Origin: Octopus bimaculoides
Lineage: Eukaryota
NCBI RefSeq assembly: GCF_001194135.2
Contig: NC_068982.1
Span: 143,291,498 to 143,336,431 of the forward strand
Length of the DNA stretch: 44,934 nt
Direction: 5' to 3'
The position numbers and the translations under genes are program-made. The notes under the pieces were generated by a model. The model had not been told where the DNA came from, did not search any database, and saw only the letters and a list, made by a program, of their open reading frames with translations. Of this stretch, positions 13,230 through 25,051 are shown in pieces (position 1 is the first letter of the stretch; each line of letters begins with the position of its first letter).

Positions 13230-13620
13230 GCAAATTTCTCATACGAGAAATACAACTTCAAAATGCACGCTTGCTTTTCAAAGAGACGTTCGCTTTTGAA
13301 ATTACAAACATGCCGTACAAATTGCCGTATAACTCGCTGTACAAACTGCTGTGCAAACTGCTGTACAAGCTGCCGTTCAAAATTTATTCACCTCTAGTAA
13401 TGCGTTCCTTTATTGCTTTGTGGAGTTTATTGATGTCCGTATTCTCCGGGATGTTTATTGTGGACATTCTGAACAGCTCCATCCGCTTCAAATTTGTCTC
13501 CAATTTGACTGAGATTAAGTCGCGCACGGAGTTCTACCTGAAACTCCCTCCAAAGCTGGTTTTGTACATAAAATATTTGAACGAACTATAAATATTTCTA
13601 CAGCAAGTTTGCTTAGAATT
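13230..13620 (-). mobile_element. Tc1/mariner-type transposase N-terminal (HTH) remnant
   Basis: Minus frame VQNQLWREFQVELRARLNLSQIGDKFEADGAVQNVHNKHPG resembles the VQR-x-FR-x-x-F...KFE-x-x-G-x-V-x-x-x-x-x-x-SGRP pattern of mariner-like N-termini. Stops follow. Includes a 6x12-bp tandem at 13312-13383. Confidence 0.5.
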
Positions 13621-13769
13621 TAATCGCTTCTTGTAGTTGTCATTGTTATTGTTGTAGTTGTTGAAGATGAAGTTGATGATGTGGCTATTATTGAAATCTC
13701 ATGACAATTCATATTACATGAAAAGAGACATTATTTCAAATTTGCATCAGCCACCTTTTACAATATATA

Positions 13770-14427
13770 CAGGGAGCGATGGGTAAACTGCCGCCATTTT
13801 ATATTTTTAATTTCGCGCATGCGTATTGTTTGTTTTTGAATTTGTGGACTACACAGTATAATAGGGGACACCGTCTGAGAGAAAAACAGTACCATGACGC
13901 AATTCACTCTGCCAGAAATTTGAAAACGATGTACTGTACCGCTTAGCATTCGCACCGGAAACTCCAATACAAATATTTCAGAGTGTTTGAGTGTCAACCT
14001 GAGGACAGCGCAATTTGAGGACATGTACCGAGATTGATAAACATCCAGTCAGCATCATAGGGTTTGGTGTAATCACTAGTGATGGTGACGTTAAGCCTCC
14101 ATTTATCTTCTTATACGACCTCAGACTCAACAAGGAGGCCTATATCAAGTGCCTCGATGAGGTAGGGCTGCCTTGGGTCAAGAGGGTGACTGCTGGAAGA
14201 TCCTAGGTCTGGCAACAGGACTCTGCACGTCCAGAAGAGTTGCAGGAGATTCCGAAGCCGTCTGGCGGCCGTGGTTGAAGCCAATGGCGATTATATTGAA
14301 TAAATTTACACTTTAGTATTTCAAGATTATTTTAAAGTAATTTTGGTAAATATATCTGTTAAAATGAGATGTCAGTGTTATTTTCATTTTTGAGTAATTT
14401 AGACGACAGTTTATTTACTGCATTCTG
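13770..14427 (+). mobile_element. Internally deleted Tc1/mariner DNA transposon
   Basis: TA flanks both ends. Imperfect TIRs: cagggagcgatgggtaaactgccg and cgacagtttatttactgcattctg. Catalytic-domain remnant KHPVSIIGFGVITSDGDVKPPFIF...YIKCLDEVGLPWVKRVTAGRS*VWQQDSA, plus a C-terminal RFRSRLAAVVEANGDYIE*. Confidence 0.85.
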
Positions 14428-15340
14428 TATACACACACACACACATATATATCGTAAAGTATATTTGCCACCTAAATGTGGCTGGCACATATGGAACGAT
14501 GCTACTGTAGTTTATAGCCCTAGGATGGATACATATACACACATACATATATATGACAAAAATTAATCGAAACGGCTTTGCTGATAATATATATGAGAAA
14601 GTGAATAGAACATGGCTTTTATTTTATCATTTTTCCATTTCAATAATTAGATGTTTATAAGTTATTAGGTGTTAAACACCTTCTAACTTTTAAATATCTA
14701 ATTATTAAAGGGAAAATATTGCCAGAAAAGACATTTCGATTCATTTTTTCAAATGTATAATATTGTACCAAGGACCTCCTACTTCTTTCATATATGTGCG
14801 TGTGTGTGTGTGTATGTATGCATGCATCTATGTGTGTGTGTGTATATATATATGTATGCATGTATGTGTGTGTATGTATATATGTATGTATATGTGTGTG
14901 TGTGTGTGTCTATATATGTATGTATGTATGTATGTATATATGTGTGTGTGTATGTATGTATGTATGTATATAAATACAGTGTACATTTAAATCCATAAGA
15001 GGTATCCGTCATAGGATTCCTTGCACACTAGAAGGAACAGTTAAAATCCAAACCACAATTAGGGATAAATTTCGAAGGGAATGAAAAATTAAAAAACATT
15101 TACCATTTATCTCCTGGACTATCGCTTCAGATTTTTTTAGCAGATAAAATAATTTGCTACGCGAAGTCTTCGTCAGCAGGTACACCTAGATTAAACATAT
15201 ATGCACGAGGCAATCCAGCATCTGCCCCGTGCTTATACATTCTAATTTTGCAAAACTACCGCGCAAGCGCAGCTCCTTGTCGGCAGTAAATAAAAATGAT
15301 GCCGGCGTTTCATTCGAACATCTTCCAGAAAAAATTATCA

Positions 15341-15803
15341 ATAATTAATAATATCAGAGTAATAAGAAGTATTAGAAATTTCTCCCACCAGTGGCCTAGC
15401 ATATAAAAAAATTAGCCAATAGACTATATATTATTCATATAAATACAGAGTACATTTAAACACATAAGAGGTATCCGTGATAGGATTCCTTGCACGCTAG
15501 AAGGAACAGCTAAAATCCAAACCACTATTAGGGATAAATTTCGAACGGAATGTAAAATAAAAACATTTACCATGTATTTCCTGTTTTTATTTTTCATTCC
15601 CTTCGAAATTTATCGCTAATAGTGGTTTAGATTTTAGCTGTTCCTTCTAGCGTGCAAGGAATCCTATGATGGATACCTCATGTGTTTAAATGTACACTGT
15701 ATATATGAATAATATATAGTCTACTGAGTAAATTTTTTTACACGCTAGGCCACTGATAGTAGAAATTTCTAATATTTCTTATTACCCTGATATTATTAAT
15801 TAT
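15341..15803. repeat. Long near-perfect palindrome (about 225-bp arms, 16-nt loop)
   Basis: 15341-15565 is the reverse complement of 15582-15803. The loop is tttaccatgtatttcc. A direct partial copy lies at about 14969-15116. Confidence 0.95.
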
Positions 15804-16024
15804 ATATATATATATATATGTATGTATATATATACACATATATGCATACATATATACAAACATACGCACATGCACACACATTATATACATATACAAACAC
15901 AAATACATGCACATACGCACACACACACGTATATATATATACATATCGTAGATGTTGACTGCTACAATCTGTGTGCATACATATAATCAAATACTAATTA
16001 TATTTCTGTTCTTTGTCATTGCAG

Positions 16025-16163
16025 TGGGAAACGAGAATTCACAAATGAGACAATACCCCGTTGCTGTGTTGGTCTTAGCATCGATCTTCTTAGAATCCTC
16101 AGTGAACGCATCGGATTTGATTTTGAGCTCTTCGAAGTAGAAGACCACATATGGGGATCAAGG
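16025..16163 (+). CDS. Nmdar2: Internal coding exon of a GluN2-like NMDA receptor subunit (S1, first part)
   Basis: Acceptor ttctttgtcattgcag| and donor AGG|gtaaga. The frame starting at 16026 reads GKREFTNETIPRCCVGLSIDLLRILSERIGFDFELFEVEDHIWGSR, matching the GluN2 motif CC-x-G-x-x-IDLL...GF-x-Y/F-EL-x-x-V-x-D-x-x-WG. Starts phase 2, ends phase 0. Not in the supplied ORF track in this frame. Confidence 0.95.
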
Positions 16164-16472
16164 GTAAGATTACACTGATATCGATCTATGTACAAGGGTA
16201 AGATTATAGTGATATCGATCAACATAACTCAGTAGAATGGCTGTATGACTATATGATTGAATTTCAATTATATCTCAGTAATATCTTCTCTTTCTATGAA
16301 CTCACCGCTGCTGTATACGCCGTACCTTGTATTACGGATCAATGAAATATTGAATCATGCCTGTCATAGAAAAAAAAACGAGTAAATATATGAATAAAAT
16401 CTGATATCATTGCTATGATGTGATATCTCATATAACACTCATTTGTGATGGTATGCATATATACACACATAA

Positions 16473-16504
<32 letters not shown>

Positions 16505-16695
16505 GTGCGTGTGTGTGGTTGTGTGTGTGTATGCATTTATGTATGTATGTATGTATTATGTATGTATGAATGTATGAGTATATCTAATATATGCCTATAT
16601 ATATGTACATATACGTATATATACATTCATATACATATACGCATAAATACTTACACATATACAGACATTCATACAAGCATATACATAAATATATA

Positions 16696-16747
<52 letters not shown>

Positions 16748-18094
16748 CATATATAAATATATATACATNNNNNNNNNNNNNNNNNNNNNNNNNNNNNNNN
16801 NNNNNNNNNNNNNNNNNNNNNNNNNNNNNNNNNNNNNNNNNNNNNNNNNNNNNNNNNNNNNNNNNNNNNNNNNNNNNNNNNNNNNNNNNNNNNNNNNNNN
16901 NNNNNNNNNNNNNNNNNNNNNNNNNNNNNNNNNNNNNNNNNNNNNNNNNNNNNNNNNNNNNNNNNNNNNNNNNNNNNNNNNNNNNNNNNNNNNNNNNNNN
17001 NNNNNNNNNNNNNNNNNNNNNNNNNNNNNNNNNNNNNNNNNNNNNNNNNNNNNNNNNNNNNNNNNNNNNNNNNNNNNNNNNNNNNNNNNNNNNNNNNNNN
17101 NNNNNNNNNNNNNNNNNNNNNNNNNNNNNNNNNNNNNNNNNNNNNNNNNNNNNNNNNNNNNNNNNNNNNNNNNNNNNNNNNNNNNNNNNNNNNNNNNNNN
17201 NNNNNNNNNNNNNNNNNNNNNNNNNNNNNNNNNNNNNNNNNNNNNNNNNNNNNNNNNNNNNNNNNNNNNNNNNNNNNNNNNNNNNNNNNNNNNNNNNNNN
17301 NNNNNNNNNNNNNNNNNNNNNNNNNNNNNNNNNNNNNNNNNNNNNNNNNNNTATATATATATATATATATATATACGCGTGTGTGTGTTTGTGTGAGTAT
17401 GTGTGTGGATGTGAACACGTACGTATTAGCTGATATATTGAGATCTTCCGTTCGTTTGAAAATTTAACCACACACATACACGCTTATAAAATAACGCACC
17501 CAAACGCGAATAATTACACAGGCATATACACTCGCACGCACACGCATACACTATCACGTATACGCATTCACACACATTTACACGTACATCCGACAAATGT
17601 CCGCAGAGTTTCCGTTTAGTAAATTATCCGTAGAAGTCATTGGTCGGCCCTTGTGTGTAATGACACCAGGTACTTTGATAAGCTGACATGCATGTATATC
17701 AGTAACTGTTTGTCTACAAAGGTAATTTCTTTAGCTGACAGCAACAAATAGATGGATAGATAGATAGATAGATAGAAAGATAGATAGGTTCATACATGCA
17801 TACATACATACATACATACATACANNNNNNNNNNTTACCTTCTGCTTCTATCAGATCAAAGGACTCACAAAACACACACATACATATACATACATACACG
17901 TACACACAAATACACACACACATACACATACACACTTACACACACAAACACATATACACACATACAAACGTACAAGTTTCGGTGTATATCAAATTATAAT
18001 ATATATATAAATATCCACATATATGCATATACATATCTATGTATATATACACACAAGCACACACACACAAATATGTATATATGCATGTAGTATA

Positions 18095-18133
<39 letters not shown>

Positions 18134-19703
18134 NNNNNNNNNNNNNNNNNNNNNNNNNNNNNNNNNNNNNNNNNNNNNNNNNNNNNNNNNNNNNNNNNNN
18201 NNNNNNNNNNNNNNNNNNNNNNNNNNNNNNNNNNNNNNNNNNNNNNNNNNNNNNNNNNNNNNNNNNNNNNNNNNNNNNNNNNNNNNNNNNNNNNNNNNNN
18301 NNNNNNNNNNNNNNNNNNNNNNNNNNNNNNNNNNNNNNNNNNNNNNNNNNNNNNNNNNNNNNNNNNNNNNNNNNNNNNNNNNNNNNNNNNNNNNNNNNNN
18401 NNNNNNNNNNNNNNNNNNNNNNNNNNNNNNNNNNNNNNNNNNNNNNNNNNNNNNNNNNNNNNNNNNNNNNNNNNNNNNNNNNNNNNNNNNNNNNNNNNNN
18501 NNNNNNNNNNNNNNNNNNNNNNNNNNNNNNNNNNNNNNNNNNNNNNNNNNNNNNNNNNNNNNNNNNNNNNNNNNNNNNNNNNNNNNNNNNNNNNNNNNNN
18601 NNNNNNNNNNNNNNNNNNNNNNNNNNNNNNNNNNNNNNNNNNNNNNNNNNNNNNNNNNNNNNNNNNNNNNNNNNNNNNNNNNNNNNNNNNNNNNNNNNNN
18701 NNNNNNNNNNNNNNNNNNNNNNNNNNNNNNNNNNNNNNNNNNNNNNNNNNNNNNNNNNNNNNNNNNNNNNNNNNNNNNNNNNNNNNNNNNNNNNNNNNNN
18801 NNNNNNNNNNNNNNNNNNNNNNNNNNNNNNNNNNNNNNNNNNNNNNNNNNNNNNNNNNNNNNNNNNNNNNNNNNNNNNNNNNNNNNNNNNNNNNNNNNNN
18901 NNNNNNNNNNNNNNNNNNNNNNNNNNNNNNNNNNNNNNNNNNNNNNNNNNNNNNNNNNNNNNNNNNNNNNNNNNNNNNNNNNNNNNNNNNAAGGGAAAAA
19001 GGGGCAGTTCGATCAAAAGGGATCGAAAAAAAAAGAAAAGGAAAGGCCGATCAATAGGGATCGTGTATAATTAGATAGATAGATAGATAGATAGACATAT
19101 ATAAACAGACGTACGGTCGAGCGGATGTACGGGCAGATGGGTGGATGGATGGATGGATGGACAAGTAAATACGTACACATATATATACAAACTTGTCGCC
19201 AGTTCAAATCCGTTTCAGGCACATACGAAACCGTATGAAAGAGATTGAGTTTATCTTGCCATGGAGAAAGTTTCTCTATATAGGCAAATAGGTGTAAATA
19301 TATCGAATCAGCTCACAGACCCCACTAACTAGACTGTGGGATGCGTGCATTTCGGAGTGGTAATCTACTCTTCAGTAGCAGAGACCAGAAAGGCATACGC
19401 TGCGGAATTACATGGGACACAGGTCCCTCTTTTGATATTCCCATCATCGTTCAATGACTGATTGTGTTGTTCAGCTACTCGCCGTAAATAAAATAGGAGG
19501 TGACAGTATTAAGTAATGATGTGTATAAATACAAACTTGTTAACAGCTCAAATATTTCACAGCGATACATCACTGCTTAATGCTGTCACCTCGTATAGCC
19601 ACAGAGGACCAGCTTCATTTTGATGTAAGATACACGTACCTGTGCTGGTAATTATACCTGTCCTAAACAAAATGGCGTTACTTTTTGACTCACCTTCATA
19701 TAT

Positions 19704-20765
19704 ATATAAGGTAACCTAATTCCAAACTTTTACCCAAGCCAACATATATTCATTTTAAATAGAGCAACACCCATCACGCTGTCTATTCTTGCAGGGCATT
19801 CTATGAACATAATGAGCACTATGCTCTTTTACTTCTGAATAATAATAATAGTAACAACAACAACAGCAACAATAAGAAAGCGTGACTACGTTTCTCCAGA
19901 ATTGAACTATACAGATCTGTTTAGCTTTGATATGTTCTCGTTTTAAAGTGTAATGCGGTCAAAAATAGCTCTAACTTGCAGGTAAACACCCATCTCTCAG
20001 ATCCCAACAAATATTGATTCTGTTGTGGGGGAAATTGCTTCACACTACTTCAGAATTAAGTCGACGGTTTTCGAAATGTGTTGGGAGATGTTTCAAGCAT
20101 TGATCCTGTATATCGACTACGAGTACGTTGACAGGGTCGGCCACAGCATTCTACCGTTAGATCTTTCTAACACTGGAGTATACAAAAAGTTATTTCACTG
20201 GATTATTTCCTAGAAAATAGAACCCCGGATGCAGAGACCGATTTAATTTTAGCGGGAAACAAATTGAGACAAAAATGATCCCATAACCTTGAAGGAATTC
20301 TTCCAAAGAATACGAGAAAACCTCTACCCGGATACATTGCAGCTAACATTAAATCCTTTCTTGAGAGATATGTAATGGCACAAAACAAGAGTTTACGAAA
20401 TTTATCGGATAGAGTCGATACTATGTAACAGTAATGGTTGCTTTTAATGAATAATCTTTGATCTGGCAGAGAAAGGGCAACGCTGGTAAGACTGACTAAG
20501 AGGAGGACAATCGTTATTAAGACATGTGGGCGAGTGGTTTGTTGCAATTTTCTTCCCTGATACTGACTGCTTCATTCCACATGTGCCGCAGAGAACGGTC
20601 ACTTGTTTGCGGGTCACAGTCTGATAAGTTGAGATCCATTATAAACAAATTCACACCAGCAATATTTATTCCTTCTAAAATATACATACATACATATATA
20701 TATATATATACACACACATACTTATACTTATATACATGCATGCATGTGACTGTATGCATGTATAT

Positions 20766-20806
<41 letters not shown>

Positions 20807-20956
20807 TATAAGGTAACCTAACTCCAATCTTTTCCCTAAGCCAACATATATTCATTTGAAATAGAGCAATACCCATCACCCTGTCTATTCTGGCAGGGCA
20901 TTCGATGAGCATAATGAGCACTAACGTATTTCACGTCTGAATAATAATAATAATAA

Positions 20957-20987
<31 letters not shown>

Positions 20988-21070
20988 AAGAAGAGAAACA
21001 GCAACAATAACAAAACATGACTTCGATTCTTCAGAATTGAACTATACATGTTATCTGTCTAGCTTTTTGA
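19704..21070 (+). repeat. Pair of diverged about 230-260-bp direct repeats (19704-19930 and 20806-21070)
   Basis: Both copies read atataaggtaacctaa.tccaa.ctttt...gccaacatatattcattt.aaatagagcaa.acccatcac.ctgtctattct.gcagggcatt...cagaattgaactataca. Confidence 0.9.
20030..20230 (+). mobile_element. Degenerate CR1/Jockey/L2-like LINE reverse transcriptase fragment
   Basis: LILYIDYEYVDRVGHSILPLDLSNTGVYKKLFHWIIS resembles the RT motif IYLDF-x-KAFD-x-V-x-H-x-IL-x-x-KL-x-x-x-GI-x-GKLL-x-WI-x-SFL. Confidence 0.55.
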
Positions 21071-21450
21071 AATTAGGTATTGGTTGTTGCAATGGAGAAC
21101 TTTAGAATTTCTATAATGAGGTCAAGAGCTTGGAGCTAGAAGTCGTGCCTTTTGGACTTATCACGTCTTATGTAAGACTGCATAAAACTAAACTTAATTC
21201 AATACCGGCAGCACATCAAAACTAACTTTTGAAGAGTTAGTATATTCGCACATTAATTTTAAGAGTTTTACTTTTTTTTTTTTCATTTTCTCTTTTATAG
21301 TTTCTCTATACGATGTTATGTTAGCAATCATGTTAGCAAACGCGTTAGCAACTTTATTATGCAGGAATCATCATCGAACAGTTGGAAAGATACCAAGTAA
21401 ATATATAAACGTGTGTGTATATCTATCTGGGCATAAATATATCTATGTAC

Positions 21451-21489
<39 letters not shown>

Positions 21490-21825
21490 AATGTATATAG
21501 ATATATAAGTGTATGTAGGTATAAATATATATATAAATGTATATAAATGTATCTATGTATATNNNNNNNNNNNNNNNNNNNNNNNNNNNNNNNNNNNNNN
21601 NNNNNNNNNNNNNNNNNNNNNNNNNNNNNNNNNNNNNNNNNNNNNNNNNNNNNNNNNNNNNNNNNNNNNNNNNNNNNNNNNNNNNNNNNNNNNNNNNNNN
21701 NNNNNNNNNNNNNNNNNNNNNNNNNNNNNNNNNNNNNNNNNNNNNNNNNNNNNNNNNNNNNNNNNNNNNNNNNNNNNNNNNNNNNNNNNNNNNNNNATAT
21801 ATTTATATATATTTATATTTATATA

Positions 21826-21874
<49 letters not shown>

Positions 21875-23763
21875 GTATGTGTGTGTGCGCGCGGGCGGGA
21901 ATGTTTGGTTCTGTGTGTGTATGTGTGTGTATGTATGTGTGCGAGAGTATGTTTGGTTCTGTGTGTGCGTGTGTATGCTAAGCTAATGCATTTACAAGAG
22001 AAAGCTATATTACCTAACCCCTTTACACTTTAGATGTATCCACAATTTCTCTAAACTTTATTGCCACAATATAATTATAAGAACGTTTTGTGAGTATTTG
22101 TAAGAATTTAAATAGATTATAAAATCACGAGCTACATTATTGATAATGCCGCATCAATATCCCGGATTATGGCGGAGAAGATACACATTGAAACTCAAAT
22201 ATATTTTAGATATTCGTGTAAATATTCTCTCATTGACTCTGTTTAGTAAACCTAAGCTCCCAACGATTGACCTAGCTATCACTCCTGGTCAAGATTACTT
22301 CACTTCTCTTATGATTATTGAAGGTATCGTACAGGAATGAATATGTAAGTGACGATCTAAAGAAGGAGCTTCCAACAATTCCATCGACTTTCAAAAAATA
22401 GCAGCTAAATCTCCTTACACCAGTCTGTTGTTATCTTATATCTAAATGTTATGTCTCAACGCTACTGCTATCTAGCACCTTCGGATGATCTCTACTCAAC
22501 CGCTACACAGCTGCTATTCAACACTCCTACCACGGCCAGACAACCTCTATTTATATGTCTTGGGAGAACCTACTTCTTCGCCTGGAGGCGTCGACACAAC
22601 ACTAAATTATTTAGTCTGGAAGACGTTGTGTCCATGACTTTGAGAGATTGGATATATATGATAATTCTGTCCTAAATACAATATGCTTGACTAAAAATTG
22701 GGAGGGTCATGGATAGAACTCTTTTAATCATGAGGCTTTAATTACACTCGCCTACCCTTCTTTCTAGCTGTGTTGTTTATTTTAAATAATAAATCTCTCA
22801 TTGACTCGTACATCTATATTAAGTAAATTATCAACGAAAGCATGTCAAAAGCCTCTACGTGATGACTCATCCTGTTAGAAACGGATGTCAAACCTCCCTC
22901 AAATGAGGCCTTATTCTTGCAATAATAAATCGCATTTTCGATAATGTATTCCAGATTATATACTATATCTGAAACGAAACAAGGGATTCTCACATGTGGA
23001 ATGCCTTCCAACAAAGTTCTGCTCGATGTTGGCGGTCACAGGACTATACAGGAACCCTTCCATTTAGACTGATTTCTACAAGATAGCGTGTTAATGGAGC
23101 GAGAGTTCCTCAGCATTCCTGATTCTTCCATTTCTGTCTGTCATCGATGACGTTTTAAGCTCTTTGATAATGAATTCGAGTGTCTTCTAGCAAATGATTG
23201 ATGTTTTTGCTGTTCTACTCTTCCCCGTTTATCATGAAAAGAATGCTAGAGATCTCCAGTTTTTATCTCCTTGTTATGTCAGCAGTGACCAATAAATCTC
23301 AGCCTGTACTTTCGTATTGCTCTGTGATATATGGAATGCCTTGCTATAACTTTATTATTCAAGTGGTGATGCAACGAAATATTTAGAACAGCACGATGCA
23401 TTCTCGCCTACGTGCCATTTAGAGTTTGCTTCATGGGAGCTGCATGTGTCCATGTTATCGAACCATAAAATAAAACTGTTTTAACTGCAGCTCTGAACAA
23501 GTCTATTTTAGTTTTGCGCGTAAGATTAGATTTTCATATCATATACAAACAAAAAATACAAGAATTATAATCACTACACTTCCTCTCCAATAATATTGGA
23601 CATTCGATTTTGTCCCGCAAACGTAACGTATCTGAAGAAGGTCTGCTATATTCCCAATATTTAGTTTAATATTAACGGTTTTTACTCTCCGTAAAGCGTT
23701 GATTATTTTTAGGGCAGTATTGATATTATTCGTATAATACATGATTTTTATTTATATCTGTAG

Positions 23764-23953
23764 CAAACTAACGGAGAATGGAACGGTTTGGTGCGATCCA
23801 TACTGGATGATAAAGCAGATTTTATCATGACTTCAATGAAAATTACTCCAGAACGTAGCAAAGCCGTCGACTTCACCGTACCATTTTTGGAAACAGGCAT
23901 CACCATTATTGTGGCCATTCGAGAAGGAGCTGTCTCACCAACTGCCTTTCTAG
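23764..23953 (+). CDS. Nmdar2: Internal coding exon of a GluN2-like NMDA receptor subunit (S1 second part to pre-M1)
   Basis: Acceptor ttatatctgtag| and donor CTAG|gtaaat. Reads QTNGEWNGLVRSILDDKADFIMTSMKITPERSKAVDFTVPFLETGITIIVAIREGAVSPTAFL(E), matching the NMDAR2 motifs WNG..., I-x-x-ER, DF-x-x-PF-x-ETGI and SPTAFLEP. Phase 0 start joins the previous exon; ends phase 1. Confidence 0.97.
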
Positions 23954-24152
23954 GTAAATCAAACTTATTATGTCTCTTTTGCTTATAATAGCAGTTTTTT
24001 TTTTTTTGCATTATTTTCTATTAAACCTTCTTTACTATCTTCGCAAACGTTTTATAATTCAGTTGTGTCTATATCTTTGATCCTTCGAACAAGTGGGTGT
24101 TCAACTTTTACTAACTCAATGACCCTCTTTTAAATATTTATATATTTTTTGT

Positions 24153-24470
24153 GAAAGGCGCGTGGCTTAGTGGTTAGGGCAGTCGGCTCACACTCATAAG
24201 GTCATGAGTACGATTCCTTGCGACTGTCCCTTGAGCTAGACACTTGATTTCTCGTTGTTCCAGTCCACTAAGCTGACAAAAATAAATAGTATCTGTTTTC
24301 GAAAGGATGACCTTGTCACATTCTGTGTCACACTGAAACTCTTTGAAAACTACCTTAATTTTACGCGTGTTCGTGCAGTGCTCAGCCACTTGCACGTGAA
24401 TTTCAGAAGCAGGCTATTTCATTGATCGGGTCAACTGGATCCCTCGTCGTCCTAACCGACGGAGAGCCAG
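24153..24470 (+). mobile_element. tRNA-derived SINE, family C
   Basis: ggcgcgtggcttagtggttag (A-box), gtcccttgagctagacactt core and ...ctcgtcgtcctaaccgacgg tail. A related copy lies at 41718-42060. Confidence 0.8.
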
Positions 24471-24617
24471 TGTACTCGTTTTATTCTAATACTGAGATCC
24501 ACTTAACAATTAATACTTTTCTCAGAGAAATATTTCTCACATTTTGTTTACAATAAATGTTGTCTTGTAAACACATGCCTTGTAAGCGTTTCCTATGACG
24601 TTCCTTTTTCTTTTATT

Positions 24618-24776
24618 CGTTTCAGTCATTTGACTGTGGCCATGCTAGAGCACTACCGTTAGTCGAACAAATCGATTCCAGGACTTAGTCTTTGTAAGCC
24701 TAGTACTTATTCTATCGGTCTCTTTTGCCGAACTGCTAAGTTACGGGGACATAAACATACCAGCATCGGTTTTCAA
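24618..24776 (-). mobile_element. SINE family B, 3' half
   Basis: Reverse complement of the family B tail. Runs into an N gap next to the Penelope element. Confidence 0.85.
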
Positions 24777-25012
24777 NNNNNNNNNNNNNNNNNNNNNNNN
24801 NNNNNNNNNNNNNNNNNNNNNNNNNNNNNNNNNNNNNNNNNNNNNNNNNNNNNNNNNNNNNNNNNNNNNNNNNNNNNNNNNNNNNNNNNNNNNNNNNNNN
24901 NNNNNNNNNNNNNNNNNNNNNNNNNNNNNNNNNNNNNNNNNNNNNNNNNNNNNNNNNAAAATATGTCAGAAAAATGTTATAAAATTTTTTTGGTATATAA
25001 CCATTGTATTTG

Positions 25013-25051
25013 GAGAAATAACCGGTTTCGTGTTGTCTTTTCAAATTTCTC
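25013..25051 (-). ncRNA. Second copy of the minimal hammerhead-like motif, in the other arm
   Basis: The reverse complement is identical to 26347-26385. Confidence 0.7.

Larger units (their letters stand above)
16164..23763 (+). other. Phase-0 GT-AG intron (7600 bp) between the two NMDA receptor exons
   Basis: Splicing gives the continuous reading ...EDHIWGSR|QTNGEWNGL..., as expected for the GluN2 S1 segment. Confidence 0.9.

Noticed and set aside
15113-15180. Minus-strand cctg-CTGACGA-AGACTTCGC...GCGATAGTC-cagg, resembling half a hammerhead
   Set aside because: The GAAA and cleavage-triplet half of the core is absent between stem II and the putative stem I strand.
15952-16140. Supplied ORF MLTATIC...SSK overlapping the first exon
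   Set aside because: Wrong frame. The receptor frame starts at 16026.
16584-19070. Long ORFs of 230-344 aa in the track here and at 6.8-7.5, 21.5-22, 30.9-31.7, 32-32.5 and 42.3-43.1 kb
   Set aside because: They are produced by N gaps and (TA)/(TG) microsatellites and are not coding.
19704-21070. Possible LTR retrotransposon (direct repeats around an RT fragment)
   Set aside because: No TG/CA termini, PBS, PPT or TSD, and the RT motif is non-LTR type.
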